Shown: in pieces, positions 43,663 to 58,058 of the stretch | How positions within the stretch are numbered: position 1 is the stretch's first letter | Layout of the letters: every line of letters begins with the position of its first letter | DNA from: the human T2T-CHM13v2.0 reference genome, Homo sapiens | DNA length: 64,000 nucleotides | Reading direction: 5' to 3' (one strand) | NCBI RefSeq assembly: GCF_009914755.1 | Contig: NC_060935.1 | Position numbers and translations under genes: made by a program | Notes under the pieces: model-generated | Seen by the model: only the letters and a program-made list of their open reading frames with translations | Told to the model about the DNA's origin: nothing | The model's database searches: none

Positions 43663-46613
43663 CAAGGAGGACTTCTGTATTCCATCTTCTGATCCTTTTC
43701 CACAATTTCTCCCAGACAAGACCTTCTGGTAAAATGACTAAGTTGGATTGATTTTTTTTTTTTTTTTAGAAGAATGATATCAACACAAGCCAATGGAATA
43801 GGGAGGAAAACACCCCAATACAGATAGCTAGTATTCTTTCTGAATTCAACATCTTCTGATTGATTCTTTGTAATAATAGAATTCAATATTCAGGAGCCAG
43901 TTTAGGATATTTATGTGGCTTATATTTACATTTTTGCTGACACGTGACTTTTCTTTTGGGTGCCTAGCTGGTTATTGGCATTAGACTAGACTGACTTCCA
44001 TGAAAGTGCAGAGACCACTTGTCAAGGAATTCTTCTTCCTATTCTGATGCCACTGCTACCTGCCATATTCTACTTTTGCTTCTACCCTTTACCCATTTTT
44101 AAGGCATGTTTCCATTAGCATGAAATGTTATTTCTGTGTTTTGGGGTGGATGGATCTGAATGTATCAGGTAATATGTACTCCTTTGAAGAAAGGCACCCC
44201 AATTTTCATGGTGTTCAAACACAAGGAACATTAGAGGTAGAAAACATTTAGAATTGCTTCCAGGGATAGCAACTTCAGATATCTACCAGAAAGGTAATGT
44301 AAAGAAGAGAAGCAAGCCAAGGTAACTGGCAAACTTGAGAGAGGTTGCTTTGCCTAAAGTGAGTAGTTGCTACTCAGCTTCAGCCAATTTCTGCTATATG
44401 GGAATGGGAGCCCATTACAGTCATACCCTTTGGATTTACAAAAGAAGCTAGAAATCTTTATTTTTATGTCATATGTCCTCATTTTTAAATGCTAGCAACT
44501 AACTTAAAACTCTTAGTGGATGTGTGGGACAACACTCTAAAAGCCAAAGAAAATAGTTCTGTAGGCCTCAGGCTGTGGATATATAGCTTTTGATCTGGTC
44601 CATCTTCCTCATTTACAGATGGAAAAACAGAAACCCAGGGATGTAAAATGACTTTTCCAAGCTCACACAAGCAGTTGCTGGCAGTGCTAGTAGTAAAACC
44701 TAGGTCTCCTTTCTCTTTGTGCAATGCTCTTTACATTTGGAATGTTAATTGTTTTTGAGGATGTGAGAAAAGCTAATGTCATGTACAGCCCAAATTTTAT
44801 ATCGTTTTGAGGATTTCAGACCCCCTGAAATCCATACATGAATATCAAGTAAAGAACCTTCTCTTGAATCTGCTGGTCCATATGTTTGCATTGTCAAAGG
44901 AAAAGGCCCCAGTATTTACATTTAGGCAAATTCATGGGAAGAAGCACTGTAAGCAGGAGACCTTGGCCCTCTTGGTCAACTTCTGCTTCTCTCCCTGCCT
45001 TACTGCCTGCCTTTTTTTGTTTGTTTGTTTTTTAGTATGCTAAATCTTAATTATGCAATTAATAGGAATATATTTAACTCTAAAATCCTTCTATCCTAAG
45101 TACCAGTCCCAGCAATAATTGCTTTTCTAATATTCTACATACCTATGTCACTCATAGAAAGTAATAATTTTTTAAAAAACTGTTACATGTACCATTTTGC
45201 AAGGTTTTGTTTTTTTTTTTAAATTCAACAATATGTCATGCATTGTATCCAGGTACATACAACCTACCTCATTCTTTTTATTTGCTATGTCGTATTCCAC
45301 AGTGTGTTAATTCCACAGTTTATTTAGCCACCCAATATTTATGAATCCTTGGGGTGTTTACAGATTTTTAGTATTACAAACAGTGCTGCAATAAATACTT
45401 TTGTACATGCATCCTTGACACAGGTGCTAGTCTTCCTCAAGAGGAAAGGAGAAGTGGATTGGTAGGCATGTGATTTCAGAGTGGCAGTTATTTTATATAT
45501 CCATCAACAACATATGGAAGTCCCCAATTTCCCCAGGGCCTAACACTTGCTGTTATGAGATTAAAATTTATTTCAGGCTGATGGGTAAGAAATTATATTT
45601 TAATCATGAGTGAGTCTGAGCATCTTTTGCATGTTTTGATGTGTTTGCATTTCACATTTCTATTTTTTTTAAGACAGGGTCTCGTTTGTTCATTTTTTTT
45701 TGGAGATTTCTGTTGGGTTTATTTGGCCTTTTCTTACTGATGTATAGAAATCCCTTATGTGTTTTTTCTGTATTCTTGATACCATGTATATGTTATAAAT
45801 CTTTTTCATTTAGATCTTTCTGATCTTGGTTTTGTCACTGACCAGCTCTGTGATTTTGGGGACATTGTTTGACATCCACAATGCCATTTTTGTCCATTGT
45901 GAAGGAGAATACACTACCTTTTAGTTATTGTATTACTGTGAAATGCCAGTGAAAGAGTATAAGCGCTCTGAGCTTTGGGTTCATTTGATTTTCACCAGCC
46001 ATTTTTTTCAGCTGTAAAGTGAGAATACACTGCTTTTCAGTGAGATGCCAATGAAAGAGCATATGAAAGTGCTTTGGAGACTAAAGAATACCTTCACATG
46101 TACAGCATTTTGTCCTTTGGTTTTATTATGACTCATCCCTAGGAGGTGGCTTCTGTGAAGCATCCTATGCTTCTACAGATTAATCAAATTCTGAGTGGTG
46201 GGTGTCACAATGTAGCACTTATCTCTTTTTATTCTACACCTTCTTAGGGGAGGAACAAGGTACATAAACAAGATATGCTCACATTGAACTCCTGTGTTCT
46301 TGGAATGCATTGGGTGGGATGGAGGTGGAGAAGTACAGATAGCAGGGGAATCCTACTACTTTGCTAGTCATGTTATGTGCCCCAAGGATTGACAATCATT
46401 TCTAAAAATGGAACCAAATGTCTACAAGGTTAGAATTAGGCTGTCTTTTCTTACTATCCTGGTTCACTTCTCAATTAGAACTCAGGTTTCAGAGGCAGCT
46501 GTTCTGTTCCACTATCTTTTCTGTTCACTGGTTCCCTAACTATGGAACAAATGAGGATATAATCTCCTGTCTGGCTATCTTTTGACTAATGGCTGTCCTC
46601 AGCAAACAAATAA

Positions 46614-46952
<339 letters not shown>

Positions 46953-48909
46953 TAAAATGTCCTGAGCTTGCTTCCAGGGCCTGCAGAGCCTCTCCTTGAG
47001 TCCGTCTGCCTGAAGATGGACCAGTTTCTGATACATGTATCCCTAGGTCCCACATGTGTATCATGGGTGACCAAGAGGGGTATTCTCAGCTTGGACCTGC
47101 TAGCTTGAACACCTGTGCACAAGGCCCCTTGGGGTGCAGGAAGGGACTGGAATGTGGGGAAAGTGGTGGGAGTGGATTGGGGCCAGAGTCCTCCATTTGG
47201 ACTCTTGCCCCAGCTCTGCAGCTGTCAGGGTCAGGTCTGCCCCGAGGAGCCTCTGCCTTCTGACCAACTGCTTATTTTATAGATTTTTAAAAAAGCCTTT
47301 GGGAAAGGTTTTCTTCACCACTGATTTAGAGACTGAGTATAGCAGGCTCATCATAGAGCCCAGTTAATCTTGGTGAATAATTCACAGAGAGTGGGGTGGG
47401 GAGGTGGAACAGGTGAGTTTCCTGAAGGGAGGCTCTCTTAAGTTGCCTCTCCTCTGTCTCTTCCCTGGTTAGGCGATGCTGCTGATGCTTTGTGAAAAGG
47501 AGGAAGGATTCTGCTGACACACTGAATTTTTATGAAAGAAGGCTAAGGGTTCCCTTATTCATCCACACGAGGCACATCTGCTTGCAGACAGGCTGTCTGC
47601 TTCTTAGGGATTCCTTCGTTGTCGTTTTATTCTTTTCTGAAGGTTTTAAGACACAGTTTGGTGCATTCCTTTCTGTTCTCTAGAGCCAGGGGGAAAGTCA
47701 TAATATATCAGAGCTCTTGCCGAAGAGCTTAAAATGGGCGCTGGCAGCTGGGATGTGGGGGAAGAGAGCTTTCCAGGGACAAGTGACCTGCTTGTTCAGC
47801 CAATGAGAAGCAGGTTAGAGGAATGATATCACCAGACAGGCTTTATTGTCTGATCATCTCGTAAAAGCATGATTGTTTCTGGCAACTTAACCCTTTTTTA
47901 GGCACTTCAGGTCTCACCTGCTTCCTGGTATATGACCTCTAAGTTCCTTTTGTCAACTGTCTGCTATGAGACCACAGAGATTAAAGACTAAAATTAGTGG
48001 AGGATATAGGGGAGTTGTAAACCATCATTTTAAAAAATAGAACTTATTAAAATTTAGAACCTTTGCTAACATGGAAATGTGATTTAAGCTGTGTTTGGAG
48101 AACACATCTAAAGTAGATATTGGTTGTAGTCATGTTGTGTCTGATTTTTACTGTGTAGACTTGAGAGGCAAGAGAGGTCAGAGGGGGGAAAATTGACCCT
48201 TTAGTATATTTTAATTTATATAGTGGAATCTTATTAGGTATTTCCTATTTTGGAGGAATTGAAATTAGTTCTGTAAATTTGGAAGATATGTTATCACAGA
48301 TCCAGAGGCCAATTTTGAGTAAGAGATATTTGCAGTATCTGTTTATTCTTGTACTTCTTTGTTGTCCCTACCCCATAGAAATGACAGTGAGTTTACCTCT
48401 TTTTGCTTCCTTTCCCTCATTGGTGAAATGAATGTTCCTACCTATCTGATAGAGTTGTTGAGATAAGAAAATAAATGAATTCCTGTGATTTTAGATTGTC
48501 CTATATATAATATAATGTATTATTATTATGGCATTCATGTCTTAAGGTTATATGTTCATTCATTGATTTGTTCAGACTTTTTACAACATCTAGATGCTGG
48601 GCATAAGAGATACAGGGATACAAAAAAATACAGTTCTTACCCTTAAGGAACTGAAAATATCACGAGGGAGACAGATAGTAATAAAACTGTTTCATACTTC
48701 CTTTTTTATTTACCATGTGCCAGGCTCTGTTCTGAGTACCTTGACATACATTAACTAATTTAATCTTACTGCAGTCCTATGAAATAGATAGTTATTGGCT
48801 CTATTTTACAGATAAAGAAATTGAGACAGAGAGAGGGTAAGTAACTTGCCTAAGGTCACACAGCTAGTGTGTGACTAATGGCACTAGGGCTCTAGTCTGT
48901 GCTCTAAAT

Positions 48910-49192
48910 CTGTACTGACCAATATAGTAGTCACTAGTCACATGTGGCTTTGGAGCACTTGTAATGTGGCTGGTTTAAATTGATTGGGCTGTAATTGTGA
49001 AATACTAGATTTCAAAGACCTAGCATAAAAAAAAATCTCATGTTGAAATTGCATGTTGTAATGATATTTTGAATATACTGAGTTAAGTAAAATACATCAA
49101 AATCAATTTTACTTTTTAATTGTGGCAGTTATAAAATTATATACATACGCTTGCATTTGGGACTCACATTAGTCTTTTATTGTACTGTGCTA
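48910..49192. mobile_element. hAT-Charlie MITE (MER3/MER33-like)
   Basis: ccaatatagtagtcactagtcacatgtggct...gagcacttgtaatgtggct. Confidence 0.7.
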
Positions 49193-50023
49193 TTCTAAAT
49201 CATTATACTGTAATAATAGTAATAGCATATGAAATTTTTGAGCACTCACTGTGTGCCACATACTGTGCTAATATCTTTTAAAACACTTTCAGTTAGGCCC
49301 CAAAATAGCCCAGTTTATTATCACTATTTTATAGAAGGGGGAGAAGGTTTTGAGACATTTAGTAATTTGCCTGAAATTAATCAACTAGTTAATGGCAAAT
49401 CCAAAATTGGAACTGTATATGTCTGACTCAAAAACCTGTGAGTTTTATGGTTTTTTTTGGTGTTGAACTCCTGGCCTCAAGCAATGCTCCTGCCTCAGCC
49501 TCCTGAGTAGCTGAAATTACAGGTGCAAGCTACCACACCCAGTTAAAAAACCTGTGTTCTTAATCAGCACACTACAGTTCCATTCATAATTAAATTTCAG
49601 ACTATTTTCTTTGTTTTAATTTTTATAAGTATATTTAATATTGCATACTTCTATATCTGATGCATAAAGGTTCAAAATAAAAATTACCAGTCTGTAAAAT
49701 AGACATCTTGTATGGAACTGTCTTTTGTAGAGCTTCAGTGAACACCAGCACAGTTGAGCCTGAGATGAAGCAGTGAGTCAGCCTATACAAATTGTATTTA
49801 ATTTTCATTCCATATAGTTGTGCCAGTCACTGGGCAATTTATGTCCTGACACTCTTTGTCCATAGAGAAGGGAAAGAGGGGCAATGCACCTCTCCTTTGT
49901 TGTTTAGCTCTCTTGGCTGTTAAGAAAAAATTGCTTTCTATTTCATTGTCTTCCAAAATGCTGTTTGTGTTTGAGAGAGCAACAAAATGCTGTCTAGTGA
50001 CCCCTCACTTTTCTTTCTTCTAG

Positions 50024-50101
50024 AGCAAAGACTCAGGTGGACTGAAGGCCGCTATGATCGAATTGGTGGAAAGGTTGAAGTTCAAGAGCTCAGACCCTAA
50101 A
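50024..50101 (+). CDS. TRIM44: TRIM44 coding exon 2 (SKDSGGLKAAMIELVERLKFKSSDPK)
   Basis: Polypyrimidine tract and acceptor (cacttttctttcttctag|AGC), a branch-point-like TAGTGAC ~24 nt upstream, 78 nt in frame with exon 1, donor AAA|GTAAGT. The peptide continues the known TRIM44 sequence. Too short for the ORF track. Confidence 0.95.
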
Positions 50102-50398
50102 GTAAGTATTGTTTGGAATTGATTGGGTGTTGGTACCCCAAGCATTTCATTCTCCTTGAGCTAAAATTGTGAGGTGTTGATGATCATCTCTCTGAATATT
50201 GCATTAAGATTTAATTAAGCCTGCCCATCAGAAACAGTGTCCTGATATGCCTAGAGATAAGTCATCTATTTTTCTCCTTCTCTATTTTATGACTTACAAC
50301 ACATAATCATTCATTGTTTTCCCTGAACTGCAGACAGGTGCATTTTTAATCCTCCTTTACCAGGGGTCTTTGAATCTTTGGTCCTCTGTGTCCATTAG

Positions 50399-50724
<326 letters not shown>

Positions 50725-51296
50725 TGAGAAATACAGATCATCTTAATGCCAGGGACTGGCATGGGATCCAGACTCATCTAGTTGGTGTTCAGCACTAGCG
50801 TCTTATCTCTCCACTGCTTCCAGGAGCCAGCTGCCACTCAGAATACTTTTTTCCTCATGACCTGAAGTCTGGTTTGGAAACTGGTTTAAGTGTCCCGGCT
50901 TTTTTTTTTTATTTCAATATGTTAGGGTCTAGAGGATTGATATTCTGGGAGACACCATAACGGGGTGGAGGTAAACGGAACTGAACAGACTTCCTTCTCC
51001 TTCCTACCCAGACACTTACTGTGGCACTACCTGGTATTGGGGCCAGCTGGCTTTGCCTTAGAATCAAAGTTTCTCACAATTAAATAGGGAAAGGCGCATG
51101 ATTTTATTTTACTGTAGGTTCTTTTTGTTTTTGTTTTTGTTTTTTTTTTTTTTAAGAGGAATGGGACTAGCATTTCTTGAGTATCTACTGAGAGTCAGGC
51201 ACTTTGCTAGGACTCTTACATGATTGTACTAAAATATACATACAAAATTTTAACCATTTTTGAGTGTACAGTTCAATGGCATTAAGTACATTCACT

Positions 51297-51622
51297 TTGG
51301 TTTTTTGTTTGTTTGTTTGTTTTTGTTTTTTGTTTTTTTGAGACGGAATCTCGCTCTGATGCCCAGGTTGGAGTGCAGTGGCATGATCTCGGCTCAGTGC
51401 AACCTCTCCCTCCCAGGTTCAAGTGATTCTCCTGCCTCAGCCGCCTGAGTGGCTGAGACTACAGGCACATGCCACCACACCCAGCTAACTTTTTGTGTTT
51501 TTACTAGCGACAGAGTTTCACCATGTTGGCCAGGCTGGTTTCGAACTCCTGACCTCAAGTGATCTGCCCGCCTCAGTCTCCCAAAGTGCTGGGATTATGG
51601 GCGTGAGCCACCACACCTGGCC
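51297..51622 (-). mobile_element. AluS inserted in an L1M 3' fragment
   Basis: Antisense dimer; TSD cacttt g; flanks gtacagttcaatggcattaagtacattcac / gttgtgcagccatc. Confidence 0.88.
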
Positions 51623-53454
51623 ACACTTTGTTGTGCAGCCATCATCACTGTCCATCTCTAGAGCTTTTTTACTATCCCAAACTGAAATTCGGTACCCATT
51701 AAATGCTAACTTCTCATTCCTGCTCTCCCCTTAAATACTTTTAATTATTTAACAACACTGTAAAGTAGCATTTTCTTCCTACTTTATTGATAAGAACACT
51801 GAGGTTTAGAAAGGTAGAATCATCTGCCCAAATCTAATGTAATATAGATGTGGAATTCAAACTCTGACTCCAGTGCCTATACTCTTTATCTTATGTCATG
51901 CAAACCAAGCACTGGATTTTATCTCCTTTCTGCCACATGATCACATTGTGCTGCAGTTTTCTAAATTGAAACACAATATGTGGCAGAGCCATAGACTGGT
52001 GGGCTCTTCAAAAGGTGGCTGCAGCCACAAGAATAAATTTCTCTTCATATGGCAATGAAAATATCGGGGACATTGGTAAGATCTCTTGTCTTCTGGTGTA
52101 GTCAGGGTTCCAGAAGTAGAGAGTTAGGTTGGTAGATAGAAAAAATTAGAGTAACCTTTATCAACTTTCCTAGCTCAAAGTAGGAGGACCCCTGATAAAA
52201 GTTTTTCCTTTAGCTAGGATGAACCACTTATTAAAAGTTACTGAAAGCTTTTCTTACCAAGTTTCTCTGGTTTCTGGAGCAACTCCTGTTCTGCAGGAGA
52301 CAACCATATTCTGATTCCGCCAAACTTATAATTAGCAGTGCAGTGAAGAGGGAGCGGATGTGTACAAATCACACTGAGTGTTCTCTGTGTATGACTATAA
52401 TACAGGTAAAGTGCTTTGGGATCCTTTATGAATGCATGTAGTGCTTCTGATGGAAAGCTTGCCAGAAAGTGAAAGGTTTGAGCGGTTGCATGAGAGGAAT
52501 CCCTGGAAGTGTCAGGGTTTTCTCTTGATGCATCATAAGGTAAAGGATATTTGTAAGGACCCGACTTGATCTTGGGTGTGTGTGTATACCTGCACCTCTT
52601 TTTTACGTTCTTTTTATTTTGCCCTGGATCATTTACTACCAACCTATTTTATTTTCAAGCCCCTTTTTAGTCTACCACAACCATATGCTGTATATACTTG
52701 GAGCCAGCTTGAAGAAGGGTGAACGTAATTGCAGAATGACTGCCAGGTCAGGAATGGGGGTAAAAAACAGGCCACTTAAATATATAATTTCTGCACAAAG
52801 AAGATTTTCCTAGAAATAAATTGGCATCTTCCAAGACAACCCTTAAGTTTTTGTCTGTTCTGTTTTCCCACAGAGCCCCACCATCCCCTTTTTGAGTTGG
52901 CCTATTTAAGAAGGGCAGAAATCTCTTAGGCTTTGTGACCTGTCATTTCCTGGGCACAGAGGCTTTACATAGAAGCACTGATTGAGTCATGGAGGACTGA
53001 GCACTATCTCTGCCTCACTTCCTCTAGAATTCCCTAAAGCATCACAAAGCTTGATTAGTCCAGACACTGAAGCCTATTGGGGAATGAGTTAATTTTTACC
53101 TCTTGAGTTTTGCTAGAGAGCAGTAGAAGATGTCTAAATTAATCATTTTTTTAAAATTATAAAATAATACATACTTATAGATTTAAAAATACAGATATTC
53201 ATAAAGAAAAAGTAAAATCTCCCCTAAGTTAGCCACTGTTAACAGTTTAGTATGTAACCTTCTAGACATTTTTCTATGTAGTACCTTTTCAAAATTCTTT
53301 TACAAAATTATACCCATGGTTTTACAATTGCTTTTTCCTTTATGTGGAATATCTTAGATATTCTTCTGTGTCAAAAATATAGACTTGATTCTGTTTAATG
53401 AGATGCCTCATTTTATTCAAAACATTTGTCAGACATCTTCTTTTCTTCCAGACC

Positions 53455-53640
53455 CAGAGGTTCTTAAACTTCAGTGTACATGAAAATCACCCAGAAGACG
53501 TATTAAAATATAGAGTGCTGTGCCCACCTCCAGAGTTTTTTATTCAATTGGCCTGGGGTGGCTAGACAATGTTCATTTCTATGAAATTATCAGGTGATGC
53601 TGATGTTGCTGTTTCAAGTACCACACTTTGAGAACCTCTG
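53455..53640. mobile_element. MER5A
   Basis: cagaggttcttaaactt...caggtgatgctgatgttgctg...ccacactttgagaacctctg, with terminal inverted repeats. Confidence 0.8.
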
Positions 53641-56177
53641 TGCTGTACCTTAGCTGTTTTCCTCTATGTTTGCTAATGATTTTTTTTCACTTCTTTGAAC
53701 AAGTAGAAGAGCCCCTAGAAATAAGTCCAGGTGATTTCAACTTTGGAAAAAAGGTAGATAAAAATCTAGGCTTATGAAACAAGTTGAGCAGAGGTAGGAA
53801 AGGAGTAGGGAGGGGAAAAAGAGGTGGGTTAGGAAGTCAGCTTAGGCTAAAAGGACGGGACTGCTTTACACTGTCACTTCCAACAGAGAATTAGCAAAGC
53901 CAAAAAGAGGGAAAGGGATCCTGGTCGGGATTTAGGAGGATGATCAAAGCTCCCTGCCATGGTTGAGGTGTAGGCTGAGTTCTAAAACCAGAGGAAAATC
54001 AGGAACAACCAGCCATTATGGGTGAGCCTTAGGAGAGGAATCAGAGCCAGTGATGGTTAAGAAATAGGGTACAAGACCGAATGAAGTTTTGTGCATGGAT
54101 GTTGCTGTGGTGAGCCCTGTTTTAAAGGGTACATACCTCTGGGCATCTAGAACCCTCTATATCGTGGAAGAAGATTACTTTTAATAACAAACAATCTTTA
54201 GTTTGTCAAAACGATTAGTAGGAAATGGTCTTTTACATAATACGCTGTCCTAATGTGTTTGACTTGGTTTAGTTTGCAAACTTTTTTTTCTCCAGCCAAA
54301 CTTTTCTGAAACACCTATTGCACAAGCAGGATTCTTATCTGTAGATTGAGTACATTTATGGTAGGCTTTAGGGAAATTTTAAAATGTAATCAGTCAGGGG
54401 TATGTGTGTATATGTGTGTCTGTACTTGGATTTTTAAGAAATTTAGAGCTTTTTTATTTCTTTATCTTCACAGCTTTCCTTTGTAGTGACTATGCAGTTA
54501 TCTTTCACAGTTTACTCAGAGGTAACCTAGGCTTGGAAAACACGTTGATTCCCTTTCCTCCCTTCCCCCTGCCCAGTCCTCAGAAAGCATTGAACCAAAA
54601 GTACAACATGCTAAGCTCAATCAAACTAACCTCTTATTATGTAGTTAATAACAGCCACTTTCTCTCTATTATGTATTGATTGCTTTTCTTTCCCTCTGAT
54701 ATGCACTGTTCATTGTTTCCTGTAACTGGTGTGCTTGAAGCAAACAGTTAGCACAGTTGTGTGTCTTGAATTCATACTAATCTTATATTCTCAAAAAGAA
54801 GCATCTTAAAACTTGAGCCAAGTGGCTCACATTGTTCTGTGTGACTGGAGTGGGATTAAACATGGGATCTGATCATACCCAAGGCTTCCTGAAACAGCAG
54901 TTTTTTTTTCCTTTTGTTTCCTCTAGCCTCTAGAGGTATTCTTACTGAAGTGTGAAACCAAAAAATTATCTAGCAGCATGAAATTAGTTAAATAAACCCA
55001 AGAATGGTTTTCTTTTTTTATTTCAGCATTTATGTAGCATTTTATAATTGCAAAAGAACTCTGCAATCATTTGTCATAGCTGATATCATTGGCATGGAAC
55101 ACAGCCTAGTCCTTCACTCTTCTGTGATAATCAGATTCTTGTCAAAAAATACAAATTTTAAATGTACAGGTAGTGATGAATATAAGCAAAACCTAATTTG
55201 AAATTCTTATTATTGTGTCCTATTGTGTCCCATTATTCACAAGGATCAAGCCAGGCATCATCTTGATCCTTGCCCTGTGCCAAAAAAGAAGTATTCACTG
55301 GGGCACTGTTTATTCAACCAGCTGAAGCAGAGAATTGAGATGCCTCAGCTATCAAGTTGTTACATATAGAAGTGTTCCTGTGGTTGATGAGTTACTAGAA
55401 TTATTGACCCATTTCTGGACTTTTCATTTAAAAAGTTGTAAGTAGGGAATTTTGGAGATCATGAGTTATATTTATTTTATCCCTGTATCTTCAGCCCTTA
55501 TTAGCATGGAACCTGGCACATAGTAATTGATATGTATTATCTATTACAGCAACCTATAAAAGTAAGTATTTGTCTTGTTTTATGGATGAGCATTCTGAGA
55601 CTTCAAGGGGTTAAATAGCTTGCTAGTAAGTGGTGGGACCAGGGCTTAACTCGAGATTTGTCTCACTTCATGTTCTTCACCCATACACTGTTATTGAATT
55701 CATGGGTAAATAGATGTATATATAGCCTGGCATCCCTAGCAATGTGACCCTTAACTGATTATTTTTTTAATCACACTCTTCTTCTACCTCCCTTTACTGG
55801 GATCCTGTGCCATAGCACAGTCCCCCACAGCTCCAGAGAACCAGGACTGGAGAATGGCCTTTTCCAACAGAAAATGTGGGGAGATGGCAAAAAAGCCATA
55901 ACCCTCAGAGCATTTAGCCCTCGCTAAATGAAGAACTGAGGCAAGTGCTTCCACAGTTTGACCCGATTAGTGAAGGACACTAAATGGGAAAAATACCTGT
56001 GCTCCCTCAGTCTTGCTCTAGGAAGAAGTAAATGTGGCCCCTTTTTATCCTCTCTAGACACTTGGGCAGGAGAAAAAGGAGAAACAAGCTCTTTCCCTCC
56101 TTCACCATTCCCCTGGCTTTATCAAAACAAAACAGCTTACCCCTCTCATCCTCCCCTACCCAATTATAAAAGAAATA

Positions 56178-56845
<668 letters not shown>

Positions 56846-57164
56846 TATATGTTTTCAGTAGAAAAATGTAGAAGACCCAAGTATAAAGAAGAAAGAAATA
56901 AAATCGCCCATTTTTTTTTTATCCTTGCAGTGGTTTGTAAACTTTGGGTACTTACTTTTTATAAAGAAATGCAGATTCTTGAGCCTCACTCAAAGCATCT
57001 GATTTTGTGGTTCTGATATATGCTTTTTAAATATGCAACCTGGATGATTCTCATGCACATGGTCATGTGCATTCTTTTGAGACCATACTTGGAGGTGAAA
57101 GACACCTATGGAAAAAACTGGGTAATATTATGGTTCTTTGTCTTTTGTGCATAAAATGGTATTA

Positions 57165-57377
57165 TAGATTGAGTATCCCTTATCTGAAATGTTTGGAACC
57201 AGAAGTATTTTGAATTTTGGATTTTCAAATATTTGTGTTATGCTAGTTGAGCTTCCCTAATCTGAAAATCTGCAATCTGAAATGCTTCAGTGAGCGTTTC
57301 CTTTGTCAGTGCTCAAAGAATTTTGGAGTTTGGAGGATTTCAGATTTTGGAGTTTTGGATTTGGGACGTTTAACCTG
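57165..57377. mobile_element. Tigger4a/MER46-like MITE
   Basis: agattgagtatcccttatctgaaatgtttggaaccagaagt...ttttggatttgggacgtttaacctg. Confidence 0.8.
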
Positions 57378-57387
57378 GATTATATAT

Positions 57388-58058
<671 letters not shown>

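Noticed and set aside
47730-47755. CTCF/YY1-like motif (aaaatgggcgctggcagctgg)
   Set aside because: Only a partial match to either consensus.
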